A stretch of 64,000 nucleotides of DNA, from positions 74,999 to 138,998 of the forward strand of contig VFJZ01000005.1 of the NCBI GenBank assembly GCA_009885805.1, given 5' to 3'. Positions 1 to 8,108 of the stretch are shown here, piece by piece. The DNA is from Actinomycetota bacterium (lineage in GTDB: Bacteria > Actinomycetota > Thermoleophilia > Gaiellales > F1-60-MAGs149). The translations under genes were made by a program, and so were the position numbers. The notes below the pieces were generated by a model, which was given only the letters and a program-made list of their open reading frames with translations, was not told the origin of the DNA and made no database searches. The stretch's first letter is position 1, and each line of letters starts with the position of its first letter.

Positions 1-476
1 GCCGGGCCGAGTGGCAGGAACCCGTCCTGCCCCTTCACGCGGAGCATGGAGCCGCGGTCAGCGTGCCGGAAGTCATGCAGGCCGACGTCGTTCGCGGGCG
101 CGAACCCGTAGACGTAGTCGGGCACGTCCTCCAGCGCAACGCCCTTCATCCGCCGGCCGATGACGACCGCCACCTCGCCCTCGTAGTTGAGGAAATGCGC
201 CCCGCGCGGGCGGCGGATCTCGCCGAGATGGCCGTTCAGCGCGGTCGGCGGCATCATGAAGTACGACGGTTCGGACGGCATGCGCGCGACCTGGTACTCG
301 ACGAGCCGCGAACGCGTCGTCAGGTGGACGGCGACGATCTTCGTCGGCTCGGCCGGCGCCAGCCAGGAGACGTTCGCGACTGCGAGACGAACGCCGCCGC
401 CGTCCAGCACGACCTCGTCGCCATCGAGACGGCCCCAGTCCGGGGAGCCGTCATGGAGAATTCTCACCCTTCGCAT
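1..476 (-). CDS. Fumarylacetoacetate hydrolase (FAH) family protein, N-terminal part; the gene runs off the left edge
   Basis: Absent from the ORF track because it is open at the window edge. My minus-strand translation from the ATG at 476 reads MRRVRILHDGSPDWGRLDGDEVVLDGG...PSYFMMPPTALNGHLGEIRRPRGAHFLNYEGEVAVVIGRRMKGV...ANDVGLHDFRHADRGSMLRVKGQDGF, which is typical FAH-fold hydratase/isomerase text. Confidence 0.75.
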   Translation of the reverse strand, partial: MRRVRILHDGSPDWGRLDGDEVVLDGGGVRLAVANVSWLAPAEPTKIVAVHLTTRSRLVEYQVARMPSEPSYFMMPPTALNGHLGEIRRPRGAHFLNYEGEVAVVIGRRMKGVALEDVPDYVYGFAPANDVGLHDFRHADRGSMLRVKGQDGFLPLGP

Positions 477-858
477 GATTGGATACATTATCCCGACGGA
501 GCGCGTCGTGCAACATTCGAGCGCCAATCAGCGCCAGGAGGGCGGCGAACGCCAGGCGAAGTGCTTCCTCCGGGAGGGCCAGCGCCAGGCCGGAGCCTCC
601 CGCGGCGCCCGCGGCGCCGAGCAGGCCGATCAGGAGACCGGTGCGGAGGCCTGAGACGTGCCGCCGCCGTAGGGTCAGCGTGGCCACGACGGCGACGGGT
701 AGCACCATCAACAGCGAGGTGCCCTGCGCCTCGTGCTGCGTCAGTCCGCCGACGAGCACCAGCCAGGGGATGACGAGAGCGCCGCCACCGATACCGAGCA
801 CGCCGCTGACGACGCCGGCGGCCAGGCCGAAGGCGGCGGTGGCGATCAGCAGCGTCAC
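451..858 (-). CDS. TSUP (TauE/SafE) family membrane transporter, C-terminal half-size ORF
   Basis: 135 aa and hydrophobic, with the 'GVLGIGGGALVIPWLVLVGGL' motif typical of TauE/SafE repeat units. The GTG start overlaps the upstream stop (GTGA at 855..858). Confidence 0.8.
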   Translation of the reverse strand: MTLLIATAAFGLAAGVVSGVLGIGGGALVIPWLVLVGGLTQHEAQGTSLLMVLPVAVVATLTLRRRHVSGLRTGLLIGLLGAAGAAGGSGLALALPEEALRLAFAALLALIGARMLHDALRRDNVSNHAKGENSP

Positions 859-1250
859 TCCAGGGCCGTCACGATCGCGATCACGATCAGGAACGCGCCG
901 AACAGGCCTTTCAGCAGCCGCTCGTCAAGACGCGCAAGCAGCGAGGCGCCGGCGAACGACCCGACCACGGCGCCGGCCGCGAGCGCGGCGCCCAGTTCGT
1001 AGTCGGCCTCCCCCGCGCCGCCGTAGACCAGCAGCGCGACGGCGACGATGGGAATCACCGCAGCGATCGAGATCGTCTGCGCCTCGCGCTGGGGGCGACC
1101 GAGCCAGAGGACGAGGAGCGGCACCATGATCAGCCCGCCGCCGACGCCGAGCAGCCCGGCGAGCACACCGCCGGCGAGCCCGACTGCGAGAAGACGCGGG
1201 TCGAGGGAATGTCGCACGGCGGCGGACATCGTCGCAGGTACCGGCGACAA
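855..1250 (-). CDS. TSUP (TauE/SafE) family membrane transporter, N-terminal half-size ORF
   Basis: About 125-131 aa with 'GLLGVGGGLIMVPLLVLWLG' and 4 predicted TM stretches. The track start at 1250 is TTG. An in-frame ATG at 1229 (MSAAVRHS...) is an equally good start. Confidence 0.8.
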   Translation of the reverse strand: MSPVPATMSAAVRHSLDPRLLAVGLAGGVLAGLLGVGGGLIMVPLLVLWLGRPQREAQTISIAAVIPIVAVALLVYGGAGEADYELGAALAAGAVVGSFAGASLLARLDERLLKGLFGAFLIVIAIVTALE

Positions 1251-1260
1251 TCACCGGACG

Positions 1261-1578
1261 ATGCCGGATCGCTCGCTGCTGAGGAAGGCGGACGTCGAAT
1301 CGGCGCTGAACGACCTCGTCCCATTCGCGCTCCGGGAAGGCCGCCTGCACGCCGAGTTCCTGTTCCCGACCTTCGCGGAGGCCTTCGCGTTCATGACGGC
1401 GGTCGCAGCCGACGCCTCCGAACTCGACCACCACCCGGACTGGTCGAACAGCTACCGGCGTGTGACGATCGACCTCGTCACGCACAGCGCCGGCGGCGTC
1501 ACGGCGCTCGACCTGGAGCTGGCGCGGCGGATCTGCGCGCGATTCGACACCGACGCGCGTACCATCCCGCCACCGTGA
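1261..1578 (+). CDS. Pterin-4-alpha-carbinolamine dehydratase (PCD/DCoH family)
   Basis: The internal ATG at 1261 of track ORF 1048..1578 gives 105 aa: MPDRSLLRKADVESALNDLVPFALREGRLHAEFLFPTFAEAFAFMTAVAADASELDHHPDWSNSYRRVTIDLVTHSAGGVT. The HHPDW core is the family signature. Confidence 0.85.
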   Translation: MPDRSLLRKADVESALNDLVPFALREGRLHAEFLFPTFAEAFAFMTAVAADASELDHHPDWSNSYRRVTIDLVTHSAGGVTALDLELARRICARFDTDARTIPPP

Positions 1579-2672
1579 GCGCCACCAACCGCCGCGTCCG
1601 GCTCCCAAGCGACGTTTTCGACCTCCCCGTCGAGAAGATCCGCGACGGCTATTACTCCGACGCGTACTTCAACTACACGAAGGAGATCCTCGACCGCGAC
1701 GGCCGTCGGCCGGCGGTGCTGCTGCAGGTGTTCCAGCGTAAGCACGCGGTGCTGGGCGGCATGGACGAGGCGATCGCGATCCTGCGCGAGTGCAGCGGCG
1801 ACCACGACGCGGCGGGCGCGTGGCGACCCGGCTGGGACGCGCTCGAGGTACACGCCCTCCACGACGGGGACGAGATCGAGCCGTGGGAGAGCGTGCTGAC
1901 CGTGGAGGGCGACTACCGCCTCTTCTGCCACCTCGAGACGACGTTCCTCGGCGGCCTCGCGCGCCGGACGCTGATCGCGACGAACGTCCGCGAGGTCGTC
2001 GCCGCCGCACACGGCAAGCCGATCCTCTACTTCCCGGCCCGGCACGACCACTACCGCGTCCAGACCGGCGACGGCTACGCCGCGCACATCGCGGGCGCGA
2101 TCGGCGTCTCGACTGACGCGCAGGCCTCGTGGTGGGGCGGCCGCGGACTCGGCACCGTCCCGCACGGGCTGATCGCGGCGTACGGCGGCGACACCGTGGC
2201 AGCCGCCGAGGCCTTCGCCCGGACGATCGACGAGGACGTCAACATCGTCGTGCTGGTCGACTACGACAACGACAGCGCCGGCACCGCAGTCGCGGTCGCG
2301 CGCGCTCTCGGGCCCCGTCTGTGGGGCGTGCGGCTCGACACCTCGAACACCATGGTCGATCGCTCGCTCTGGCCGCAGATGGGCCGCTTCGATCCGCGCG
2401 GCGTCAATCCGCAACTCGTCCACAACGTGCGCGAGGCGCTGGATGACGCTGGCTTCGGCGCCGTCAAGATCGTCGTCTCCGGCGGGTTCACGGCAGAGAA
2501 GATCCGCGCGTTCGAGGCGGGCGGGGTCCCCGTCGACTCCTACGGTGTCGGCTCGACGCTGATCCGCGGCGAGAACGACTTCACGGCTGATGTCGTGCTC
2601 GTCGACGGTCAGCCGCGCGGGAAGGCCGGTCGCGCGTACCAGCCGACCGACCGGCTCGAACGCGTCCTCTGA
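1575..2672 (+). CDS. Nicotinate phosphoribosyltransferase family protein (type II PRTase)
   Basis: The GTG at 1575 overlaps the PCD stop (GTGA). Sequence 'EKIRDGYYSDAYFNYTKEILDRDG...VSTDAQASWWGGRGLGTVPHGLIAAYGG...VRLDTS...KIVVSGGF' matches the archaeal/actinobacterial NAPRTase family. The upstream part of track ORF 1209..2672 is a shadow over PCD. Confidence 0.85.
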   Translation: MSATNRRVRLPSDVFDLPVEKIRDGYYSDAYFNYTKEILDRDGRRPAVLLQVFQRKHAVLGGMDEAIAILRECSGDHDAAGAWRPGWDALEVHALHDGDEIEPWESVLTVEGDYRLFCHLETTFLGGLARRTLIATNVREVVAAAHGKPILYFPARHDHYRVQTGDGYAAHIAGAIGVSTDAQASWWGGRGLGTVPHGLIAAYGGDTVAAAEAFARTIDEDVNIVVLVDYDNDSAGTAVAVARALGPRLWGVRLDTSNTMVDRSLWPQMGRFDPRGVNPQLVHNVREALDDAGFGAVKIVVSGGFTAEKIRAFEAGGVPVDSYGVGSTLIRGENDFTADVVLVDGQPRGKAGRAYQPTDRLERVL

Positions 2673-2776
2673 TCGGGCGCGGGCCGCACCCAGACGCCGT
2701 CGCCGAACGTCGCGACATAGAGGTAGTTGCCGGCCGGAACGCCATCGGTGACGAGCGGCAGTGACGGCGGAGCGGC

Positions 2777-2809
2777 GTGAAAGAACGGGATCTGATCCTT
2801 TTCTTTCAC
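2777..2809. repeat. 33-bp near-perfect palindrome (9+5 bp arms) in an unusually AT-rich patch
   Basis: The sequence gtgaaagaa-cg-ggatc-t-gatcc-tt-ttctttcac was read directly. The outer 9-bp arms are perfect complements and the inner GGATC/GATCC arms are too. It lies about 100 nt downstream of the NAPRTase stop. Confidence 0.9.
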
Positions 2810-2852
2810 GGAGTCGTGACGCTCGCGACGAGCGCCGGGGCGCCGAGCGGGG

Positions 2853-3429
2853 GTGCTGTTCCTCGCGGCGGACGGCGGCGTCCATCGACTGCGCTATGGC
2901 AACTCCACCGTCGTCGCGACAGTGCCGGGCGGAACTGATCTCGCCTGGTCGCCGGACGCGTCCGCGATCGTCGTCGCCGCACGACTCTCGACCCGGACGG
3001 ACTCGGGAGGGTCTCCTTGCCGTCCATCGCCGGATGGTGCCGCTGACAGCCGGACCTCGCCGGGCGGCGCCGGCCTATCCGGGGCATGCACCGTCTGCTC
3101 GCGCTCCTCGGCCCCCTGCTGGTTGCGCCACCGCACGCCGTCGTGGCAAGTGGGCCGCTGACGTGGCGGCTTACCCGGCGGAGGCGGACGAGCCGATGAT
3201 CGGCTATCCGATGTCGCGGGTAACGGTCGGCAGCCGCGTGTTCACGCTCTACGAGGGCGAGAAGCCGTTCGTGCACGCGCTCGACACCGTCGCCGGCACG
3301 GCTCGCTGCATCGATCTCGAGGGCATGCCGACGGGTCTCCGGCTGAAGCTGGAGCCGTACGGTCGCCCGAGCGGCGTCCGCGTCGTCGCGACCGGGTCAC
3401 ACGAGGTCGCTCGACTGCCACTACGGTGA
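2853..3429 (+). pseudogene. Possible frameshifted remnant of a beta-propeller-like secreted protein
   Basis: Protein-like text sits in two different plus frames. The frame of 2853 reads 'LFLAADGGVHRLRYGNSTVVATVPGGTDLAWSPDASAIVVAA'. The frame of 2761 reads 'MSRVTVGSRVFTLYEGEKPFVHALDTVAGTARCIDLEGMPTGLRLKLEPYGRPSGVRVVATG'. No single ORF joins them, and the text between them is Arg/Pro-rich junk. Confidence 0.3.
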
Positions 3430-3433
3430 GACG

Positions 3434-4957
3434 GTGCCGCTACTCATCGACGCCGCGGGCATCCTCGGTGAGGTTCGCGACGTCCTCATCACCTGGCTGC
3501 CGATCCTCCTGATCGTCGCGCTGCTGTACTTCATGTGGCGCGCCGTCTCGATGATGCCGCGGACCAAGCCACGCGAGGTGAAGCCCGACTCCGCGTCTCT
3601 GGTCAGCTGGGACGAGATCGCCGGCCTCGACGAGGCAAAGGACGAGCTGCGCGAGGTCGTCGACTTCCTGCGCGAACCCGAGCGGTTCGCGAAGCTCGGC
3701 GCGCGCGTGCCGAAGGGAATCCTTCTGTACGGCCCGCCCGGGACCGGCAAGACGCTACTCGCGAAGGCCGTCGCGCACGAGTCGGGCGCTGCGTTCTTCT
3801 CGCAGTCGGCATCGTCGTTCGTGGAGATGTTCGCGGGCGTCGGTGCGGGACGGATCCGAAAGCTCTTCGAGACGGCGCGCAAGCACGCGCCCGCGATCGT
3901 GTTCATCGACGAGTTGGACGCGGTGGGCGCGGCCCGGTCCGTCAACAGCTTGAACCGCGAGCAGGACCAGACGCTGAACCAGCTGCTGGTCGAGCTCGAC
4001 GGCTTTGTCGCCGATCCGCGCGTCGTCGTGCTCGCCGCGTCTAACCGCCTCGATGCGCTCGATCCCGCGCTGTTGCGCCCGGGCCGTTTCGACCGGCAGG
4101 TGCTCGTCTCGACCCCCGACCTCGCCGGCCGCAGTGCGATCCTGAAGGTCCACACGCGGGCAAAGCCGATCGGTCCCGACGTCGATCTCGAGATCGTCGC
4201 GCGCCGCACCGCCGGGCTCGGCGGTGCCGACCTCGAGAACATCTGCAACGAGGCGGCGATTCGCGCCGGCCGCACGGGTCGCCAGGTGATCGAGGCCGAG
4301 GACTTCGACTGGGCGCTCGAGCGGATCATGGCCGGCCTGCAGACGAGCCGCATCCTCACCGAGAAGGAGAAGCGCGTCGTCGCCTACCACGAGGCCGGGC
4401 ACGCCCTTGTCGGGCACCTCCTCGGCGACACGACCGCGCTGCAGAAGGTGACGATCGTCCCGCGCGGCCATGCGCTCGGATACGTCCTCAACCTTCCCGA
4501 CGAGGATCGCTACATCCGCACGCGCGAGGAACTGGTCGACGAGATCACGATGCTCCTCGCGGGTCGCGCGGCGGAGGTCGTGACCTTTGGGCGCATCTCG
4601 ACCAGCGCCGCCTCCGACCTCGAACGCGTCACCGCGATCGCGCGCGCGATGGTGTTCGAGTACGGCATGGGCGAGACGGTTTCCGCGCGGACGATGCGCG
4701 CCGACAACTACGCGTTGTCAGAGGCGACCAAAAGGCTCCGCGACGCCGAGCAGGCGCGGATCGCCGACGAGGCGTACGCCGACGCGCTCGCGCTCTGCGA
4801 GGAGCATCGCGCCGCGCTGGAGCGTCTCGCGGTCGCTCTACTGGACCGCGAGACGCTCGATCGCGCCGACGTGAAACGCCTGCTCGCCGACGTTCCGCAG
4901 CGCGCGTCGTCGGGCTCCGCCGTCGGCGTCGCCCGCGCTCAGCCCTACGACTCCTGA
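3434..4957 (+). CDS. ftsH: FtsH-family AAA+ zinc metalloprotease paralog with a short N-terminus
   Basis: 507 aa with Walker A 'GPPGTGKT', Walker B 'IVFIDELDA' and the zinc site 'HEAGHALVGH'. There is a single N-terminal TM (ITWLPILLIVALLYFMW) and no periplasmic domain. Confidence 0.9.
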   Translation: MPLLIDAAGILGEVRDVLITWLPILLIVALLYFMWRAVSMMPRTKPREVKPDSASLVSWDEIAGLDEAKDELREVVDFLREPERFAKLGARVPKGILLYGPPGTGKTLLAKAVAHESGAAFFSQSASSFVEMFAGVGAGRIRKLFETARKHAPAIVFIDELDAVGAARSVNSLNREQDQTLNQLLVELDGFVADPRVVVLAASNRLDALDPALLRPGRFDRQVLVSTPDLAGRSAILKVHTRAKPIGPDVDLEIVARRTAGLGGADLENICNEAAIRAGRTGRQVIEAEDFDWALERIMAGLQTSRILTEKEKRVVAYHEAGHALVGHLLGDTTALQKVTIVPRGHALGYVLNLPDEDRYIRTREELVDEITMLLAGRAAEVVTFGRISTSAASDLERVTAIARAMVFEYGMGETVSARTMRADNYALSEATKRLRDAEQARIADEAYADALALCEEHRAALERLAVALLDRETLDRADVKRLLADVPQRASSGSAVGVARAQPYDS

Positions 4958-5235
4958 GCCGGCTCCTCGTCGCCGACGGCGTCGATCTCCGCCTGCTTCG
5001 CCGCAACCGCGGCCGTCGCGTCCCGGACAGCCTGCGCCTCGGACCCGAGCCCGTCTGCTGAGAGTGTCCCGCCTTCGGCGGCCGCAAACGCGGCGCGGCC
5101 GTACGCCGAGAACGCATCGTCGAGTTGCCCGTCGAGCTTCTTCAGCTCGAGCTTGAGCTGCTGGGTCTTGGCGAGCTCCTGGCCCTTCTCGAGCCCTTCG
5201 CTGGCCACAGCCTTGACGCGGTCGAGAAATCCCAT
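4945..5235 (-). CDS. Small coiled-coil hypothetical protein
   Basis: 96 aa with a non-shadow-like composition (K/E/Q-rich: 'EKGQELAKTQQLKLELKKLDGQLDDAFSAYG'). It is convergent with ftsH. Confidence 0.55.
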   Translation of the reverse strand: MGFLDRVKAVASEGLEKGQELAKTQQLKLELKKLDGQLDDAFSAYGRAAFAAAEGGTLSADGLGSEAQAVRDATAAVAAKQAEIDAVGDEEPAQES

Positions 5236-5299
5236 GCCAGCCTCGCTTTCCTTCGGTTTCGCCGCATTGTCGCACTCCGAGGCAGTACGATGGGCACCC

Positions 5300-5719
5300 G
5301 TGACGGGGACGCGTGGGATTCACCACATCGGCGTCGCCGTCCACGATGTTGCGGCGGCGGTCGAGCGGTATGCGCTGCTCGTCGGCGCGACCGTCGACCA
5401 CGAGGCGGTGGTCGACGAACAGGGCGTCCACGCGGTGGCGCTGCGCGCTGGCGACGGTCCCCTGATCGAGCTGCTCGCGCCGACCGGCGACGATACCCCG
5501 GTCGGCCGATTCCTGGCGAAGAGGGGCGAGGGAATGCACCACGTCGCGTACGAGGTGGATGACCTCCGAGCACACCTCGAGCGCCTGCGAGCAGAGGGCG
5601 TCGAGCTGATCGACGCCGAACCGCGGAACGGCCTGTTCGGCATGCAGGTCGCGTTCATCCACCCCGAGGCCGCCTTCGGCTGCCTCGTCGAGCTCGTCCA
5701 ACCAAAGGAGCACGCATGA
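5300..5719 (+). CDS. mce: Methylmalonyl-CoA epimerase (VOC/glyoxalase family)
   Basis: In-frame GTG at 5300. Sequence 'IHHIGVAVHDVAAAVERY...GDGPLIELLAPTGDDTPVGRFLAKRGEGMHHVAYEVDDL...GVELIDAEPRNGLFGMQVAFIHP' is the classic epimerase pattern. Confidence 0.85.
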   Translation: MTGTRGIHHIGVAVHDVAAAVERYALLVGATVDHEAVVDEQGVHAVALRAGDGPLIELLAPTGDDTPVGRFLAKRGEGMHHVAYEVDDLRAHLERLRAEGVELIDAEPRNGLFGMQVAFIHPEAAFGCLVELVQPKEHA

Positions 5720-5937
5720 GTGAAGGTAACGGCAGCCGCTTCGACCTGGGTTTCGTCGGCGGCGGCACGACCTCCGGCACCGTTGACGAGGCCGAATGGG
5801 CCCGGCTGCAGGCGGCGTTCGCGAGCGGCGGCGACGCGGTGATCGAGGTCGAGGAGGCCAGCTCGCGCCTCTGGGTGCGCGCCTCGCAGGTCGCCTGGGC
5901 GCGACTCCACACCCGCGACGCGCGGGTCGGCTTCTGA
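5716..5937 (+). CDS. Small hypothetical protein, translationally coupled to mce
   Basis: 73 aa with an ATGA overlap on the mce stop (5716..5719) and a protein-like composition. No family recognised. Confidence 0.5.
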   Translation: MSEGNGSRFDLGFVGGGTTSGTVDEAEWARLQAAFASGGDAVIEVEEASSRLWVRASQVAWARLHTRDARVGF

Positions 5938-6410
5938 GTCTCGATCGAGATCTCCTGCACGCGGTCGCCCGGCTCCGCCGCCCCTGGCTCAACCGGCTGG
6001 TCGCGTGGTACTCGTTGCTCGGGAACCAGGGCGCGGTGTGGGTCGCCGCCGGCGGTGCGCTCGCGCTCGATCGCGGCTCACCGCGAACGGCCGTCGCCGT
6101 GGCGGCCACCGTCTGGGGAACGCTCGGCGCGAACTACGCCGTCAAGCGAGTCGTACGCCGCGAGCGGCCGGCCGGCGAGGGACTCCCGCCCGCGCTGATC
6201 CACGCGCCGCCGAGCCCGTCGTTTCCCTCCTCCCACGCCGCGATGGCGGCCGCGGCCGCGGTCGTGCTGCCGGTCGCCGCGATTCCCGCTGCCGTGGTGA
6301 TGGCGGTGAGTCGCGTCTACCTCGGCGTCCACTATCCGTCCGACGTCGTCGGCGGCTGTGTGGTCGGCGTCGCCTGCGGCGGCATCGCCGCTATGCTCGG
6401 CGCGCGATGA
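5934..6410 (+). CDS. PAP2 family phosphatase (undecaprenyl-diphosphatase-like); start uncertain
   Basis: Motifs 'KRVVRRERP', 'PSFPSSHAA' and 'SRVYLGVHYPSDVVGG' correspond to the C1/C2/C3 acid-phosphatase motifs. The conserved N-terminal text starts at 'LSLDRDLLHAV'. No canonical start codon lies just upstream (CTG at 5934), and the ATG at 5796 would overlap the 73-aa ORF out of frame. Confidence 0.8.
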   Translation: MSLDRDLLHAVARLRRPWLNRLVAWYSLLGNQGAVWVAAGGALALDRGSPRTAVAVAATVWGTLGANYAVKRVVRRERPAGEGLPPALIHAPPSPSFPSSHAAMAAAAAVVLPVAAIPAAVVMAVSRVYLGVHYPSDVVGGCVVGVACGGIAAMLGAR

Positions 6411-7000
6411 CCGCCATCCACATCCCGGCCCGGGAGGGCCGCGCCTTCCGCATCCGCGCCGGCCAGGAGTTCCGGGTGATCGACCCCGAAGGCGAGCAGG
6501 TTGCCGACCTCTTCTGCTTCGTCGACGGCGACGTCTCGGAGTACCTGTCGGCGGAGCACACCCGCGTCGCGCTCGGCCGCCTGTGGCCGCGGATCGGGGA
6601 GTCGTTCGTCACCAACCGCCGCCGCCTCCCGGTCCTCACCTGGATCGCCGACGACTCGCCGGGCGTGCACGACATGCTCTGCGCGGCCTGCTCGCAGGAG
6701 CGCTACGCGCTGCTCGGGCACGTCGGCCACCACGCGTCGTGTGAGGAGAACCTCCGCCTCGCGATGGCCGCGCTCGGCCACTCGCAGATCGACGTCCCGC
6801 AGCCGGTCAACATCTTCGAGGCGAACCCGATCGAGGCGGACGGCACGCTCGGGATCGAGCCGGCTCCGACGATGCCCGGTGACTCGGTGACGCTGCGGGC
6901 GGAGATGGACGTGATCGTCGCCGTCACCGCCTGCCCGCAGGACATCACGCCGCTGTGCGGCGGCACGCCGACCGCGATCGACGTCGAGTTGTCGGGCTGA
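6407..7000 (+). CDS. DUF1989 (urea-carboxylase-associated) family protein
   Basis: The ATG at 6407 overlaps the PAP2 stop (ATGA). Sequence 'MTAIHIPAREGRAFRIRAGQEFRVIDPEGEQVADLFCF...DMLCAACS...VTACPQDITPLCGG' is characteristic. Confidence 0.8.
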   Translation: MTAIHIPAREGRAFRIRAGQEFRVIDPEGEQVADLFCFVDGDVSEYLSAEHTRVALGRLWPRIGESFVTNRRRLPVLTWIADDSPGVHDMLCAACSQERYALLGHVGHHASCEENLRLAMAALGHSQIDVPQPVNIFEANPIEADGTLGIEPAPTMPGDSVTLRAEMDVIVAVTACPQDITPLCGGTPTAIDVELSG

Positions 7001-7884
7001 CCGGGACGTCCGAGGCGCACGGCGACCGGCGTGCCGTCGCGGAGGTGCTGACCGCCGCCGTCCTGTTCGGCACCACCGGGACGGCGCGGGCGCTCGGCGC
7101 CGCTGCCGCGAGCCCCGTCGGCGTCGGCGCCGCTCGCCTGGCGGTCGGTGGTGCGGCGCTGGTGTGGCTCGCCCGCCGCGCGCAAGCGCACGTCCCGGCT
7201 CACGTGCCGCGCCGCCTACTGGTGCTCGCCGGCCTGCTAACCGCCGCGTACCAGCTCGTCTTCTTCGCCGGCCTCGACCACGCCGGCGTCGCGATCGGCA
7301 CCGTCGTGACGATCGGCTCCGGACCGCCGCTCGCCGGGCTGTTCGCGATCCTCGCCGGCCAGGGCCGACCGACCGCGCACTGGGCCGTCGCGACCGGGCT
7401 GGCGCTCGCCGGCGTCGTGCTCCTCGCCGGCCCCGCCGGCGACACCTCCGCGCTCGGCGTCGCCCTGGCGCTGCTGTCCGGCGCCGGCTACGCTGGTTAC
7501 ACCGTCGCCGCGAAGGAACTGCTCGATCGCGGCGCGCCGAGCGGTGCGGTGATCGCCTGGGCGTTCGGGATCGGCGGGCTGACGCTGCTGCCGGCGCTCG
7601 TCCTCACCGATCCCGCCTGGCTCGCCACCGGCAGCGGATTCGTCACGGCGCTCTACCTCGGCCTCGGCCCCACCGCCGTCGCCTACATCCTCTTCGCCCG
7701 CGGCCTTCGCCGGCTTTCGGCGGCTACCGTCACCACGCTCGTCCTCGCCGAACCGGTGGTGGCCTCCGTGCTGGGCGTCGTGGTCCTCGACGAGCGCCTG
7801 TCCGCCACCGCCGTTGCCGGCTGCGGTCTGGTGCTCGCGGGTCTGGTCGTCATCACACGCCGCGCCGGTACGCTGCCCGGATGA
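6955..7884 (+). CDS. EamA/DMT family transporter
   Basis: 10-TM-like hydrophobic text with two EamA repeats ('LFGTTGTARAL...', 'AGYAGYTVAAKEL...LAEPVVASVLGVVVLDERL'). The start is either the ATG at 6955 or the GTG at 7045. Confidence 0.8.
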   Translation: MRRHADRDRRRVVGLTGTSEAHGDRRAVAEVLTAAVLFGTTGTARALGAAAASPVGVGAARLAVGGAALVWLARRAQAHVPAHVPRRLLVLAGLLTAAYQLVFFAGLDHAGVAIGTVVTIGSGPPLAGLFAILAGQGRPTAHWAVATGLALAGVVLLAGPAGDTSALGVALALLSGAGYAGYTVAAKELLDRGAPSGAVIAWAFGIGGLTLLPALVLTDPAWLATGSGFVTALYLGLGPTAVAYILFARGLRRLSAATVTTLVLAEPVVASVLGVVVLDERLSATAVAGCGLVLAGLVVITRRAGTLPG

Positions 7885-8108
7885 GTGGCCCGCCGCGGAT
7901 CGTCCGGCGCTGGGAGGCGCTCGAAGGTGGTCACCAGGCCGCGATCGCGCTGCCGGTGCTCAGCGTGGTCCTCTTTCTTGCCCACCTCGGCCCACTCAAC
8001 CAGCCGATCGGCCGGGCGATCGGCTACGGCATCTTCTGGGCGATCCCGGCGACGTGGGTGGTCGTGACGGCCTCGCAGTACGAGCGCCGCAAGCGCGAGC
8101 GCGAGTGA
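7881..8108 (+). CDS. Small membrane protein
   Basis: 75 aa with two hydrophobic stretches. It has an ATGA overlap with the EamA stop and a GTGA overlap with the downstream MFS start, which argues that it is translated. Confidence 0.5.
   Translation: MSGPPRIVRRWEALEGGHQAAIALPVLSVVLFLAHLGPLNQPIGRAIGYGIFWAIPATWVVVTASQYERRKRERE

Noticed and set aside
2609-2809. 66-aa minus-strand ORF (MKEKDQIPFFHAAPPSLPLVTDGVPAGNYLYVATFGDGVWV...)
   Set aside because: Its 'start' is the GTG formed by the palindrome arm at 2807..2809. Its last 21 codons overlap the NAPRTase-family gene end in antisense. The propeller-like text is suggestive but too short and unsupported, so I treat it as at best another fragment of the decayed locus.
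5796-6410. ATG at 5796 as the start of the PAP2 phosphatase (the 204-aa track ORF)
   Set aside because: It would overlap the 73-aa ORF coupled to mce by 142 nt out of frame, and it adds an Arg/Gly-rich N-terminus with shadow-like composition. I prefer a start near 5934, although no canonical start codon is evident there. This remains unresolved.
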